Source: Octopus sinensis (taxonomy: Eukaryota). From it: 64,000 nt of DNA. The notes beneath the pieces are model-generated. The model did not search any database. It was not told the origin of the DNA and was given only the letters and a program-made list of their open reading frames with translations. Shown piece by piece: positions 52,940-64,000 of this stretch; within the stretch, counting starts at the first letter, position 1, and each line of letters opens with the position of its first letter. A program made the translations under genes and the position numbers. The DNA lies in contig NC_043010.1 in the NCBI RefSeq assembly GCF_006345805.1, forward strand, positions 23,126,001 to 23,190,000, written 5' to 3'.

Positions 52940-53364
52940 TGGAGGTGGATTGTGTTCCCACCAGTTTTTTCATGGGGCAAATCCAGGTTTTTGCAAATTA
53001 CCCAGTGAATATATTGTGCAGCTCTATCATGCCTGTTGAGGTACACTGTAGGCGCTAGAAGACTGAATTTGGAGACAACATGATCAACGGTTTCATTTTG
53101 TTGTCGGCATACACGACATGTCGGGCTACTATCGTTCTTTAATATGTTGGCCTGGTAGTTTCTTGTTGGTAGGCATTGATCTTGAGCTGCTATGATAAAC
53201 CCTTCTGTTTCAGATTTTAAGCCAGAGGCCATTAGCATTTGATGGGTCAGGGCTTTGTCAACATCTGCATTATTCGCTCTCTTTGGGTATTTGCCATACA
53301 GAGGTTTTTCTTGCCATTTATTATTCAGAATATCTAAGGCCGCAGTTTTGGCAAGGGTTTTCAT
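52876..53364 (-). pseudogene. Linker and zinc-knuckle fragment of the R4/Dong element
   Basis: SETEGFIIAAQDQ...CRVCRQQNETVDHVVSKF (last Cys replaced), RHD motif. Confidence 0.8.
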
Positions 53365-53478
53365 GCGCCTAGCTTTTTCTGTGCTTGCTTCTTGTATGTC
53401 TATCTCTAATTCCGAAATTTGTTGTATTCGGAATACACTTAGATATTCCTTTGCCTGTTTTGTTACTGAGTATGATGC

Positions 53479-54021
53479 TTACTTGTTTTCATGTTTTGAG
53501 ACAAGTTTTAGCATCCAGTCCTCAGAGTTTTTCAGGTAGGTGTCTAGGCCAATTGTAGCAATCTTCATTGTTATTGCCAGTTGCAAAAGACCACGGCCTC
53601 CCTCTTTTCTTGGCAGATAAAGTCGTTCTGTATCTGCCTTAGGGTGATGTATTCTATGCATTGTCAACAGTTTTCTTATTTTTCTGTCGAGCTGACATAT
53701 TTCAGTAATTGACCAGTTAACGATATTGAAACTGTAAGTCACGACTGGTAAGGCTAATGCATTGATCGCTTCGATCCTGTTTCTTGCATTCAGCTCTGTC
53801 TTGAGTATTGCTCTCACTCTTCGATAGCATTCTGTCCTGATCCTTTCCTTCACCTCTGAATGCCTAATTCCGTCCCCTTCAATTACCCCTAGGTACTTGT
53901 AGCTCTCCGCTGGGTCTAATTCTTTTATGACATTCTGCTGGTGAAGGTTAACATTAGATGTTTCTGTCATTTTCCCTTTGATAAATGTAGCTTTTGCACA
54001 TTTATCGAGGCCAAATTGCAT
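53479..54021 (-). pseudogene. RT C-terminal/thumb fragment of the R4/Dong element
   Basis: 180-aa ORF with FGLDKC, YKYLG and LYLPRKEGGRGL motifs; followed by a stop and frame breaks. Confidence 0.85.
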
Positions 54022-54465
54022 TCTGATCTCTTCACTGAATTGTTTGACAATCGCTAGTAAGCCCTTGAGTTCTTGGTCATTTTTGCATTCTATGCATTGT
54101 CATCAGTTTACGTATTTTCCTGTCGAGCTGACATATTTCAGTAATTGACCAGTTAACGATATTGAAACTGTAAGTCACGACTGGTATGGCTAATGCATTG
54201 ATCGCTTCGATCTTGTTTCTTGCATTCAGCTCTGTCTTGAGTATTGCTCTCACTCTTCGATAGCATTCTCTCCTGATCCTTTCCTTCATCTCTGAATACC
54301 TTATTCCGTTCCCTTCAATTACCCCTAGGTACTTGTAGCTCTCCGCTGGGTCTAGTTCTTTTATAACATTCTGCTGGTCAAGGTTAGCGTTAGATGTTTC
54401 TGTCATTTTCCCTTTGATAAAGGTAGCTTTTGCACATTTATCGAGGCCGAATTGCATTCTGATTA

Positions 54466-54506
<41 letters not shown>

Positions 54507-55047
54507 GAGCGAGAGAGCAGTGTATGCAATCAAAGTGACACTGGGGTAAAATATGCAAAGCCCAGTGTACCCATCTGATAAGGGTACACGAGGCACATGC
54601 ATCACAACCATATGTGCGCGACATGGTGATCTCATATCAAGATAAATAGCACATGACCTTGCAGGTGGAGCCCAGTTATAATTTTCTTGTGGTCGAGTAG
54701 CCCATCTCGCTCAAAACGTCCTTGAATAAGGATTATTTAATGATGTTGAACAAGCCACCCATGTTTCCAAAGGGGAATTATTCAAACCTCCAAGAATTCC
54801 TTTCAACACACGGCTATGATGCTCCCCCACTACTTCTGCTCATGATCAGAGACGCACATATCGTCAGCCACTAAGTGACATGGTCAACTTGTTAAGGTCA
54901 AACAACTGACAAGCAAATCTGTGGTATTGAGCAGAATATTTGCTGTAGCCCATCTTTTATACCAAGACAAAACAATGTACATGATAACACTTCCAATCAG
55001 TTAAGATCAGAAGCCACGAGAGCCACTGCCTGGTACTGGATAAGGGC

Positions 55048-55048
<1 letters not shown>
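54507..55048 (-). repeat. About 540-bp non-coding segment bounded by (ATT)n on both sides; probable non-autonomous TAA-targeting retroelement
   Basis: Sharp boundaries against TAA repeats on both sides, no ORF, adjacent to the Dong element. Single copy in the window, so repeat status is inferred. Confidence 0.45.
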
Positions 55049-55123
<75 letters not shown>

Positions 55124-55126
55124 ATT

Positions 55127-55176
<50 letters not shown>

Positions 55177-55177
55177 G

Positions 55178-56005
55178 GCTAGCTGGCAGAAACGTTAGCA
55201 CGCCGGGCGAAATGCATAGCCGTATTTCGTCTGCCGTTACGTTCTGAGTTCAAATTCCGCCGAAGTCGACTTTGCCTTTCATCCTTTCGGGGTCGATTAA
55301 ATAAGTACCAGTTACGCACTGGGGTCGATGTAATCGACTTAATCCGTGTGTCTGTCCTTGTTTGTCCCCGCTCCTCAAAAGTACTGGGTTTGTGCCTAAA
55401 TTAGAAACCATAAAGCGGTGTGCTGACAGAATCTTTAGAGCGTCAGAGAAAATGTTTTGCGAGATTTCTTCACCGATTCATTACGTTCTGAGTTCAAATG
55501 GCTCCGAGACTATGTTTTTCATTCGTTCCTCTGTCGATAAAATGAAGTACCAGACAAGTACTTGTGGAGATGTGGTCGAGTAAGCCTCAAGCTTCAATAT
55601 TTTTGGCCTTGTGCCATTAGAAGAAATAATAGCGAGCTGGCAGAAGTGTCATGATGTCAGACATTTCGCAATTCTCCGAACCCGTTGTGCACTGAGTTTA
55701 AATTCTGGTAGGGTCAATAAAATAAAGCAGCAGTCAAGTATTGCCCCTCCTCTCAAAACAGCTTGTCTTGTGCCAGAATTAGAATTTTTTATTATTTACA
55801 TAATCGAAAGGCAGCTACATCAAATGTTTAGCAGCATTTCTTCCAGCTTTACGTTCTCAGTTCAAATTCCACCGGGGTGGACTATACCTTTCATGTTTTC
55901 GAGGGTCGATAAAATAAGTATCAGTTGAACACTGGTGTCGATGTTATCGAATAGCTCCCCCTCCCATCAAACTCCAGGCCTCGTGCTCATAGTAGAAAAA
56001 GATTC
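55178..56005 (+). mobile_element. Cluster of SINE family B copies (first one young, later ones degenerate)
   Basis: GTTCTGAGTTCAAATT-like blocks recur at about 55240, 55485, 55695 and 55855. Confidence 0.7.
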
Positions 56006-56029
56006 TTGATGCAATTGGAATGGATGGTA

Positions 56030-56405
56030 GAGAGAACCGGATCGCAGCCGCGAATGATCGACGAAATCCTTTCAGTTTGGAAATTCATATCTCTTTTCAA
56101 CCTTTCCGAGTGTTCCAATCGATCCGATCAGCGGGACTGCTTGCTCATGAAATTAATGTTGAAGTGGCTGAGTACTCCACAGACAAGCGTACCATTAATA
56201 TAGACCACTGGCCGATTCAGCGTGATACAGGGTGTGACAGGGCTGGCCCTTTGAAATACAGGTACAGCTCGTTTATACCAGCGTAGTGGACGGTAGCAAC
56301 GGGAAATAAGTATCGAACTCAAGGACACAACACATTGCCGGGAATTGAACTCACGACCAGACGATCATATGCCGTTACCTTAACCATTAAGCCATGCGCT
56401 TCCAC
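56030..56405 (-). mobile_element. tRNA-derived SINE family C
   Basis: Reverse complement of the 14085 copy head and body. Confidence 0.7.
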
Positions 56406-56482
56406 GACAGAGTTGAACACAAATGTGTTATCAACGCGAAGCCGAACGCTTGTGTTAGGAATCATAAAGCTAGCGACTAATG

Positions 56483-56514
56483 GCGCATGCCTGCGAAGAG
56501 AAGAATTGGTGAGA
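56483..56514 (+). promoter_or_regulatory. Possible promoter/5'UTR exon end (GCGCATGC, NRF1-like, followed by a G|GTGAGA donor)
   Basis: Motif reading only; lies upstream of the 58387 exon. Confidence 0.2.
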
Positions 56515-56899
56515 GTGATCGTCAAATAGGGATAAGAAAAAGAAAACAAAAACCCGCAGAAATAATCGAGAATGAACGGCGATGTTTATTAGAGGCTAAA
56601 TATTGTAGCTTAAAATAAAACGTAATAAGATACGTTGAAATACAAATTAGAAAATATATCAGAAAAATACGGTTTTACATACGTAGGCTTTGCTATTAAG
56701 CGCATCGTTCTAAAGCTAGCCATGAGAGGTGGGTTGAAACTAAATGTCAGGATTTATGGTGTATGGTGGCAGGGTTTTATGTATCTCAGATTTTAAGACT
56801 GGTGTAATATGGGAGCTTAAAATAAAACGTAATATTGCACAAAACTATAAGATACACACACGCACGCGCACACACACAGACACACACAGAAACACACAG

Positions 56900-56939
<40 letters not shown>

Positions 56940-57047
56940 ATATATAACTATGTACGGATGTGTCCATATATATACACATATATATATAGATAGATAAATA
57001 GATAGATAGATAGACAGACAGATAGATGCAATCTACATATATATACT

Positions 57048-57078
<31 letters not shown>

Positions 57079-57207
57079 CATGCGTACATACATATAAATA
57101 ATGTATATATGTATGACACATACATACCATTTAATATATGTTATATAGAACATGTATATATAATCAAAACATACAGCAAAAGATATATTGCATATATTTA
57201 TATACAT

Positions 57208-57322
<115 letters not shown>

Positions 57323-57830
57323 TACATATATACATATATATATGTACAGAATCTGATATTTATGCCAGAGTTCTAAAAGCTAATCAGGGCACAGGGACTG
57401 ATTTTTAACTATCGTTGGAAACATACCTTAAAACTATAAAGTCGAGTTTATGTTTTGCAAACCTCATTAAACAAACAGGCCTTGATAAATAAAATTTGCA
57501 ATCAAATGTTGAAAAATATAAAAAACACTTTTGATCTTCTCGTCATGCTTCATCAAATTGAAAGAGACAAACTGGAGAAATGGTTTGGGAATCGATAGAG
57601 CATCTGAGAAAATATCTTGAGTTTATTGTTACCGCATTTTGCGTTCTGACTGCAAATTCCATCGATAAAGTAAAAACAAGTCACATACAGAGATCGATAT
57701 AATCGATGAAAATTCCTCCCCCACCTTCCCTGATATTTGTATATATTCGAAGCTTGCAATCACTAGCAATCGCGTGCGCAAAATACCACAGACGGAAATA
57801 TTTATTTACTCTAAGAAATGCACACACTCA

Positions 57831-57881
<51 letters not shown>

Positions 57882-58059
57882 ATATATATGTATATATATG
57901 CGCCTATAATTATATATTTGTTACTGCTTCAGTCAATGCGCGGGGGAAAAAATCACTTGGAAAGTAGAAAATGTAAGGAAGCTGAATACAGGACTCGAAC
58001 CGCGAACCTTCTGTATCCATTCCACATGATCTGTCAGTATTGGTTTCAAATTTTTGCTT

Positions 58060-58255
58060 CCGGTGAGCAATGTCGGGGCAGAAAGTAAGTCGATTACATC
58101 GATCCCAGAGCAAAGCTGGTACTTACTTTATCGACTCCGAATGGATGAAAGACAAAGTGGACCTCAGCCGGATTTAAATTCAAATCGTAAAATCGGACGA
58201 AATGTCGCTAAGCATGTCTGGCCAGCGTGTTAAATACTCTGCCAGAACACCGCTC
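58060..58255 (-). mobile_element. SINE family B, diverged
   Basis: Reverse-complement similarity. Confidence 0.65.
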
Positions 58256-58386
58256 GTACGAGTGCATAATATTTTTAAAATGCAAAAAATGCTTATGAAC
58301 ACAATAAATTAATAAGCTGATAGGTCATCATGCTTGAGTAAAACGTAACTGATACAGCCGTGAAAATACGATCCGTTTTAGAAAAC

Positions 58387-58419
58387 ATGGCTGCACAGGC
58401 AGCTATGGAAGAAAGAATG
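58387..58419 (+). CDS. Candidate first coding exon (MAAQAAMEERM), unidentified gene
   Basis: TTTTAG acceptor (58381), AAAAC-ATG-G start context, ATG|GTAAGT donor. Confidence 0.45.
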
Positions 58420-58674
58420 GTAAGTGACTAATTTATTAATACTTTTGAAGTACAGCAGATCTCAACCTCTATCATTTAAGAAGAATAACTCTTGCCTAGA
58501 GAATGTGAACAGAATGATAGCGGCAGGATTACATGTACAAAATGGTGCAAGTTTGACGACTCGAATATAATAACATCGGTCACAAATTACGATACAAAAC
58601 CTAACTTACTCAGTGTGGCTGAAATAGCGTTATGATTGGTCACAATATATACATATATATCTATCTATCTATCA

Positions 58675-58744
<70 letters not shown>

Positions 58745-59089
58745 TTTAACTATCAACCTGTCAGTCAGTCTGTCTGTCTATTTGTTTGTCTCCCTCTCTG
58801 TCTATCTCTCTTTTACTCATTTTGGCCATTAGACTGCAGCCATGCCGAGGCATAGCTTGGAGAATGTTTAATTGAATAAATCGACCTTAGTGCTTATTCT
58901 TATAAAAAGCCTGGTGTTTATAGGTTATCTGTGATCACGTGCCCATAACCGCTAAATATGGGCACATAAACACACCAACACCGGTTGTCAAGGAGTGGTG
59001 GGGACAAACACGGTCACAAAGGCACACACACATATGTACATGTATGCGTATCTCTCTCTCTCCCTCTACACACACACACATCTACACAT

Positions 59090-59120
<31 letters not shown>

Positions 59121-59612
59121 AGACCTACTTTTGCCTCTCTTGTAATAGCTCCTTTCTCCAGCGTTCACCATTTCAACTCGTGATGGCTTAACAGCCTTCA
59201 CCGTTTGTTTTTACTGTTTTGTTCTTACTGTCCTGTTTTTGTTACCATTTTAACCCTCCGCAAAAATCCCAAATTTTATTTAATTTGCTTTGCAGGAAAG
59301 ACTGCTTTAACGAAGTCGCGTCTTGTCCCTACCTTCGTAACGCAGAGTAGATAAAACAGGAGACACTGATAAAGGGAATGCTCTTTATGTTGCCTGTCTC
59401 GTTTCTCTATTTGTTGTCCGAAAAAAAGTTTGCTTTCCATGTTTTTGTTGTTTTCTTATGTTCTCGTTTTTTTTTCATTTTGTTCACGTTTGTTTTTTCG
59501 GTCCTGCCTATCAAATCCATTCACAAGGCATTGGTCGGCCGGAAGCTACTCTAGAAAATACTTGCTCAACGTGCCGTCTGGTTGGGAAGCAAGTATGCAT
59601 GTATTATATATT

Positions 59613-59835
59613 ATTCTTTTATTCTTTTACTTGTTTCAGTCATTTGACTGCGTCCTTGCTGGAGCACCGCCTTTAGTCGAGCAAATCGACCCCATGATTT
59701 ATTCTTTGTAAACCTACTACTTATTCTATCGGGCCCCTTTGCGGAAACGCTAAGTTACGGGGACGTAAACACACCAGCATCGGTTGTCAAGCGATGTTGG
59801 GGGACAAACAAAGACACACATACATATACACGCAC

Positions 59836-59874
<39 letters not shown>

Positions 59875-60035
59875 CATATATGAGAGTCTTCTTTCAGTTT
59901 CCGTTTACCAAATCCACTGACCAGTCTTTGGTCGGCCCGAGGCTATGGTAGACGTCACTTGCCCAAAGTGTCACACAATGGGACTGAACCCAGGATCACG
60001 TGGTTGGTAAGTAAGCTACTTACCACTCCTGCGCC
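59613..60035 (-). mobile_element. SINE family A, full copy, with the rDNA fragment joined at its 5' end
   Basis: Reverse complement of the 51452 copy. Confidence 0.85.
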
Positions 60036-60039
60036 TACC

Positions 60040-60112
60040 TTCTTTCTTCGCGCGTTCGGCGCCCTGCGTTCGTGTTCGAGTGAGCCAGCGAAGCGGGCGA
60101 TGATCGAGGTGG
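60040..60112 (-). other. Probable ITS1 5' fragment
   Basis: GC/CpG-rich sequence directly after GATCATTA, in an AT-rich neighbourhood. Confidence 0.7.
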
Positions 60113-60157
60113 TAATGATCCTTCCGCAGGTTCACCCACAGAAACCTTGTTACGACT
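60113..60157 (-). rRNA. 18S rRNA: Orphan 18S rRNA 3'-terminal fragment (pseudogenic)
   Basis: Minus strand AGTCGTAACAAGGTTTCTGTGGGTGAACCTGCGGAAGGATCATTA matches the universal 18S 3' end with two substitutions. Confidence 0.9.
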
Positions 60158-61199
60158 ATATCTATATATGTAAATGTAGAACGATAAAATGAGTGCTCCA
60201 CACCGTATTGGTAGATATATAATTTCTTAATTTGTTAATTAAGCCTACCATTGTTTTCCTGTTAAGAAGAGAAGGAGAATATCCTAGTGCTTTAACTATT
60301 TTTCAAACAGATCGCATGGAGAAAAGTTTTCGCCTCCATTTTGGAAAACAGCTTCATTCCATTCACAGGATTTCTCGTAAAATCGCGTAAATGAAACAAT
60401 GAAACAATGAATCAAAGGACGTTACTCTTTTGGAATCTGTCTCCTTTGAATTTGTCTTTTCGGTGAATTTCTTAATTATTTTGCATTATTTCTTTGTTTT
60501 GTTCTGGACATGATGTTCTTGTACTTGTAATATTGAGGTTGTACGTCTTTGGGACTTATTTTTTCTTTGTGTGAAGTTTGACCCTTATTTCATTTTTGTG
60601 TGAAGTTTGTGTGCTATGTGTGTTCACGTTTATGAAGAGGCTACCCTGGTAGGGTTGCTCTCGTTTATAGGGGGCCTTCTTTAGAGTATTTGAGTGTAAA
60701 ATATTGCTTGTATATGCAAGGAGAGAAAGCTTCATCCCTTATGTTTAAGACAATGTCTGTTGATTGTATAATATTTAATTTTTCAGTAATGAACAGGACA
60801 CATTTGGTGCCCCATCCTCTGTATATTTTTGGCTTACGCAATAATTTTCTATTCTATCTGGGCGTTCTTTATTCTCCCTTCTTCCAATGTCCATATCATA
60901 TTTGATAGGGATTTCGCATGTTTTTTTGTTTTTGTTTCTGAATGTCGCAAAATGTTGCGTATACCTTTCCTCGAACGCGTTTTCCCGTCATTCGGATATA
61001 CGTCTTTGGTATTCCGTTGCAGTCCGAGTCCTTGGCCTTGTATACGAGTTCTTTCTCGAGACAGTTGATGGTAGTCGTGGTGATGGTGGTTTCAGTGGTG
61101 GTGGTGGCTTTGTAGGTGGTGGGGGTGATGAGCATAATATTGATGATGACGATGGCAGTGATAGTGGTGATAGTGGTGATGGTTGTACTAATTCAACTA

Positions 61200-61620
61200 T
61201 AAACCCTAAACGGCGGTGCTCCTGTATGGCCGCAGTCAAATGACTGAAGCATGTAAAAGAATAATAGAATAATAGAATAAAAGAATACATGTGAGTGGAT
61301 TTGGTAAGCGGAAACTGAAAGAAGCATATATATATATATATGTTTCTGTGTGTGTGTGTGTGTGTGTATGTTGTGTGTGTGAGTGTATGTTTGTGTGAGT
61401 GTATGTTTATCTGTATTTTCCCCCACCATAGTTTGTCAACCGATGTTGGTGTGCTTACGTCCCCATAACATTGCGGTTCGACAAAAGAGAACCCGATAGA
61501 ATAAGTACTAAGTTTACAAAGAATAAGTCCTGGGGTCGATTTGTTCGACTAAAGGTTAAAAGGTGTTGACTGGCTCGAGCTGCTAGTCAAATGACTAAAA
61601 CAAATAAAGAATAAAAGAAT
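61200..61620 (+). mobile_element. SINE family A 3' fragments (a tail followed by a headless copy)
   Basis: Family tail at 61210-61285 and 3' two-thirds at 61290-61620. Confidence 0.7.
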
Positions 61621-61627
61621 ATATAAT

Positions 61628-61677
<50 letters not shown>

Positions 61678-61883
61678 TTGAAATGCATGTATTTAAAAAT
61701 TGAGGCTTACCAAAATGAAGTATATAACACTTGATGGTTAGACAGTATATAGAAAATCAACAGACAAATTAATTCCATTTGTGAATCCAAGTTAGATTGG
61801 GACACTTTTAGCATTGCGTAATACAATAATAAAAGTCTCAGACGAATGGATTAATAAGATCTTCGCTACAATGTTTCCTGCAG

Positions 61884-61920
61884 AGATATTATTATGACGT
61901 AATGTCAGACATTGCGTTAT
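61884..61920 (+). CDS. Candidate 37-nt exon (RYYYDVMSDIAL)
   Basis: TTTCCTGCAG acceptor, AT|GTAAGA donor; open only in phase 0, compatible with the 58387 exon. Confidence 0.28.
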
Positions 61921-62179
61921 GTAAGACATGCAGCTTCTATAAGGTTATGCAAATAGATCGTTATATAATAACTCCCAAAACCTCAAGCAACTATACCGGG
62001 GTCAATACTTGATTCGCAACTTCAGTAAATAATGATTTTCAAGTTGCTGGTCATTCTAGAAATTTCCGAATGAAACATTGCAGCGAGACCATATAAAGCA
62101 TTCGTCTCTCTTTTTGTTACAAACACGCACACGCACATAGACAGACACAGACACAGCGAACACGCTGCTTACATCAATA

Positions 62180-62214
<35 letters not shown>

Positions 62215-62379
62215 CTGTTACTTAAACCCGACACTCGCGCTCCCAAGATTAAGCTATTAGACTTTAGTTGTGATCCGGCTCGAACACAAGTGTTGACTAC
62301 CCTATGACTATTTTCAGGCATTGTTAGTGAGTACACGCACATGCGAGCGTGTGTGCTTTTCTGTGAACTCACTGACGAT

Positions 62380-62697
62380 GAGTTCCAGATTATCTTTGCA
62401 ATTTCGGCTGGTTATACTCGAGATTGCTCCAATGTTGCCAGCCCCCTGCTGTAAGGGTTTACTTCTATACACGCCAGCTTAATTGAATTCGTCCTTAGTC
62501 GAAAGACACCAGTTGTTATATTCTGGTATGTGTATTTGTGTAACTTACTCCGTTTATTTTTCGTCCTTGTTTTCGTATACATTCGCTGCTTTCTTCCAAG
62601 AAATCTAATGCTCTTAGCTTAGATTTTCCTTGGGGCTGGCCAGATTGGAGCAATCTCGAGTATAACCAACCGAAATTGCAAAGATAATCTGGAACTC
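62380..62697. repeat. Inverted repeat, 66-bp arms (62380-62445 and 62632-62697), 186-bp spacer
   Basis: Arms are reverse complements with few mismatches. Confidence 0.85.
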
Positions 62698-63131
62698 GAT
62701 TGAGGAAAAAAACTCTGAATGACCCGTCCTTCTTTTCTTTGTATCGTCTATATGAATGTTTTGTTGTCCCTTTCTTGTATCACCTAACTGCCTGAATATT
62801 TTGCGTTCTTGTCCCGTTTTGTGTGTGTATATATATGTATATTCAAAGGGCAAGACCGCTAGGTAGTCGGCCGTATGCTAGAAATAGATCACCAACGATC
62901 AAACTACAAAGAATGTTCTCTAGAGGAAAATTCAACGAACACCAGAACAAATTAGGCGGGCAAGACAGATGAAAATTATATAAAAAAAACAGAATTAATC
63001 ACATACCGGCGGTTTCAACTATTAACAAAAGAATTACTTACATAATCCAACTGTTTCGTCAGTGCGATCGTTCCGACAAATGTAATTTAATGTATATATA
63101 TATATATGTTGTGTGTGTGTATTATGTATAT

Positions 63132-63163
<32 letters not shown>

Positions 63164-63164
<1 letters not shown>

Positions 63165-63647
63165 CCAATTAAGGACTGAACACGAAAAAGTGGACAGTCA
63201 ACATGCTAGATATAGACGTCAAATCGCCATTCTCCACAAAAAGTCTATGTTCTCAGATCAAACTCAACACAAACCAAAACATAAACAAGTGAAAAATATA
63301 CGAAATAAATATTTATCCATGTACTAAATCAGTTTCGGCTGTTATTTTCCGCAAGGAAAAGTGCAGCCATCATCAGCATGGTCCCATATAAAATGTAATT
63401 TGCTGTACAAATGCCAACACGATACCGAAATATCGCGTGCATGGAGTACGGCCTATTTACATTTGAAATATATATTCAAAGTCTCTAATTTTGGCGCGAT
63501 GAGACCCGAGAAAACTAGCCTGCAGCTAATAGTTAGCAGAGCAGTTAATTATCGGTTAGAGAACAAATATTTATATAACATTAAATTTAGGGTAAAAAAT
63601 TGATATTTATCAATTAGAACCAGTGGTCTAGCATATTAAAGAAAGAA

Positions 63648-63650
<3 letters not shown>
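63164..63650 (-). mobile_element. HHR-bearing Penelope-like fragment between (TA)n tracts
   Basis: Non-coding segment with an HHR about 157 nt from its (TA)n-abutting end. Confidence 0.55.
63317..63381 (-). ncRNA. Type I hammerhead ribozyme
   Basis: Minus strand reads CCAUG-CUGAUGA-U-GGCUG..UUUUCC(UUGC)GGAAAA..CAGCC-GAAAC-UGAUUUA-GUA^CAUGG. Confidence 0.88.
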
Positions 63651-63724
<74 letters not shown>

Positions 63725-63728
<4 letters not shown>

Positions 63729-64000
63729 CGGGAAGCTTTATGAAATAAATAAAAGACGAAGGCAGGGTGAGTACCAAACAAACAATTGTATTAGTATGGC
63801 GCTCAGGAATATAAATAAAACAAGTCTTTTACGTTTTGAGCCTACGCTCTTCAACAGAAAGATACACAGAAAAGAAACACGGAGAGAAACAAGGAGAGAA
63901 AAAATGCGTGCAGAAGCTAGCGAATCAACATGGCGATCTGATTCCGGCCAGAAGTCAAAGATCATACGTGAGACACAAGAGCGAAAATAGGGGAGATAAC
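63725..64000 (-). mobile_element. Penelope-like 3' fragment with a variant hammerhead-like motif (63825-63862); homologue at about 34030-34290 (+)
   Basis: Shared blocks TCGCCATG.TGA, CTGTTGAA.AGCGTAG.CTC.AAAC.TAAAAGACTT and TTCGTCTTTT; this copy ends directly at (TA)n. Confidence 0.55.

Larger units (their letters stand above)
52359..54463 (-). mobile_element. 5'-truncated R4/Dong-clade non-LTR retrotransposon (RT C-terminus, CCHC knuckle, restriction-like endonuclease) inserted in (TAA)n
   Basis: ORF pieces: MQFGLDKCAK...YKYLG (RT domains 6-7 and thumb), CRVC-x7-H knuckle, and RPDI...LIDMTVP...KYKDL (RLE). (ATT)n on both flanks. Dong-type elements are known to target TAA repeats. Confidence 0.9.

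Noticed and set aside
54900-55048. U2 snRNA fragment or HDV-like ribozyme
   Set aside because: No colinear match to U2. The visible helices are nested rather than forming the HDV double pseudoknot.
62364-62386. Hammerhead at CUGACGA
   Set aside because: The motif is just the loop of a GAACTCA/TGAGTTC hairpin; no downstream GAAA core.

Overview
Repeat-dominated, gene-poor animal genomic DNA. The SINE families and the very high microsatellite load (TA, CA, TACA, GA, TAA) suggest an octopus/cephalopod genome (inference). Almost all listed ORFs are microsatellite translations. The main structure is a set of hammerhead-ribozyme (HHR)-bearing, non-coding retroelements that mostly end in (TA)n tracts. 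(i) A 6.3-unit, near-identical tandem array of a 445-bp monomer at 40621-43420, each unit with a minus-strand type I HHR (retrozyme-like). (ii) A related 562/585-bp monomer family at 16.3 kb (running into an assembly gap) and 43.9 kb (tandem with a 5' inversion). (iii) A 2.8-kb near-perfect palindrome at 25.7-28.5 kb with an HHR in each arm. (iv) Further solo or variant HHR elements at 2.3, 21.1, 34.2, 63.3 and 63.8 kb. Also present: a 5'-truncated R4/Dong-type non-LTR retrotransposon in (TAA)n with a duplicated 5' RT segment, a decayed mariner, a CR1/L2-like LINE 3' end that shares its tail with a SINE, a tandem pair of non-autonomous Helitron-like elements, many tRNA-derived SINEs, an orphan 18S/ITS1 fragment fused to a SINE head, one 100-N gap, and several low-confidence candidate small exons of unidentified host genes.
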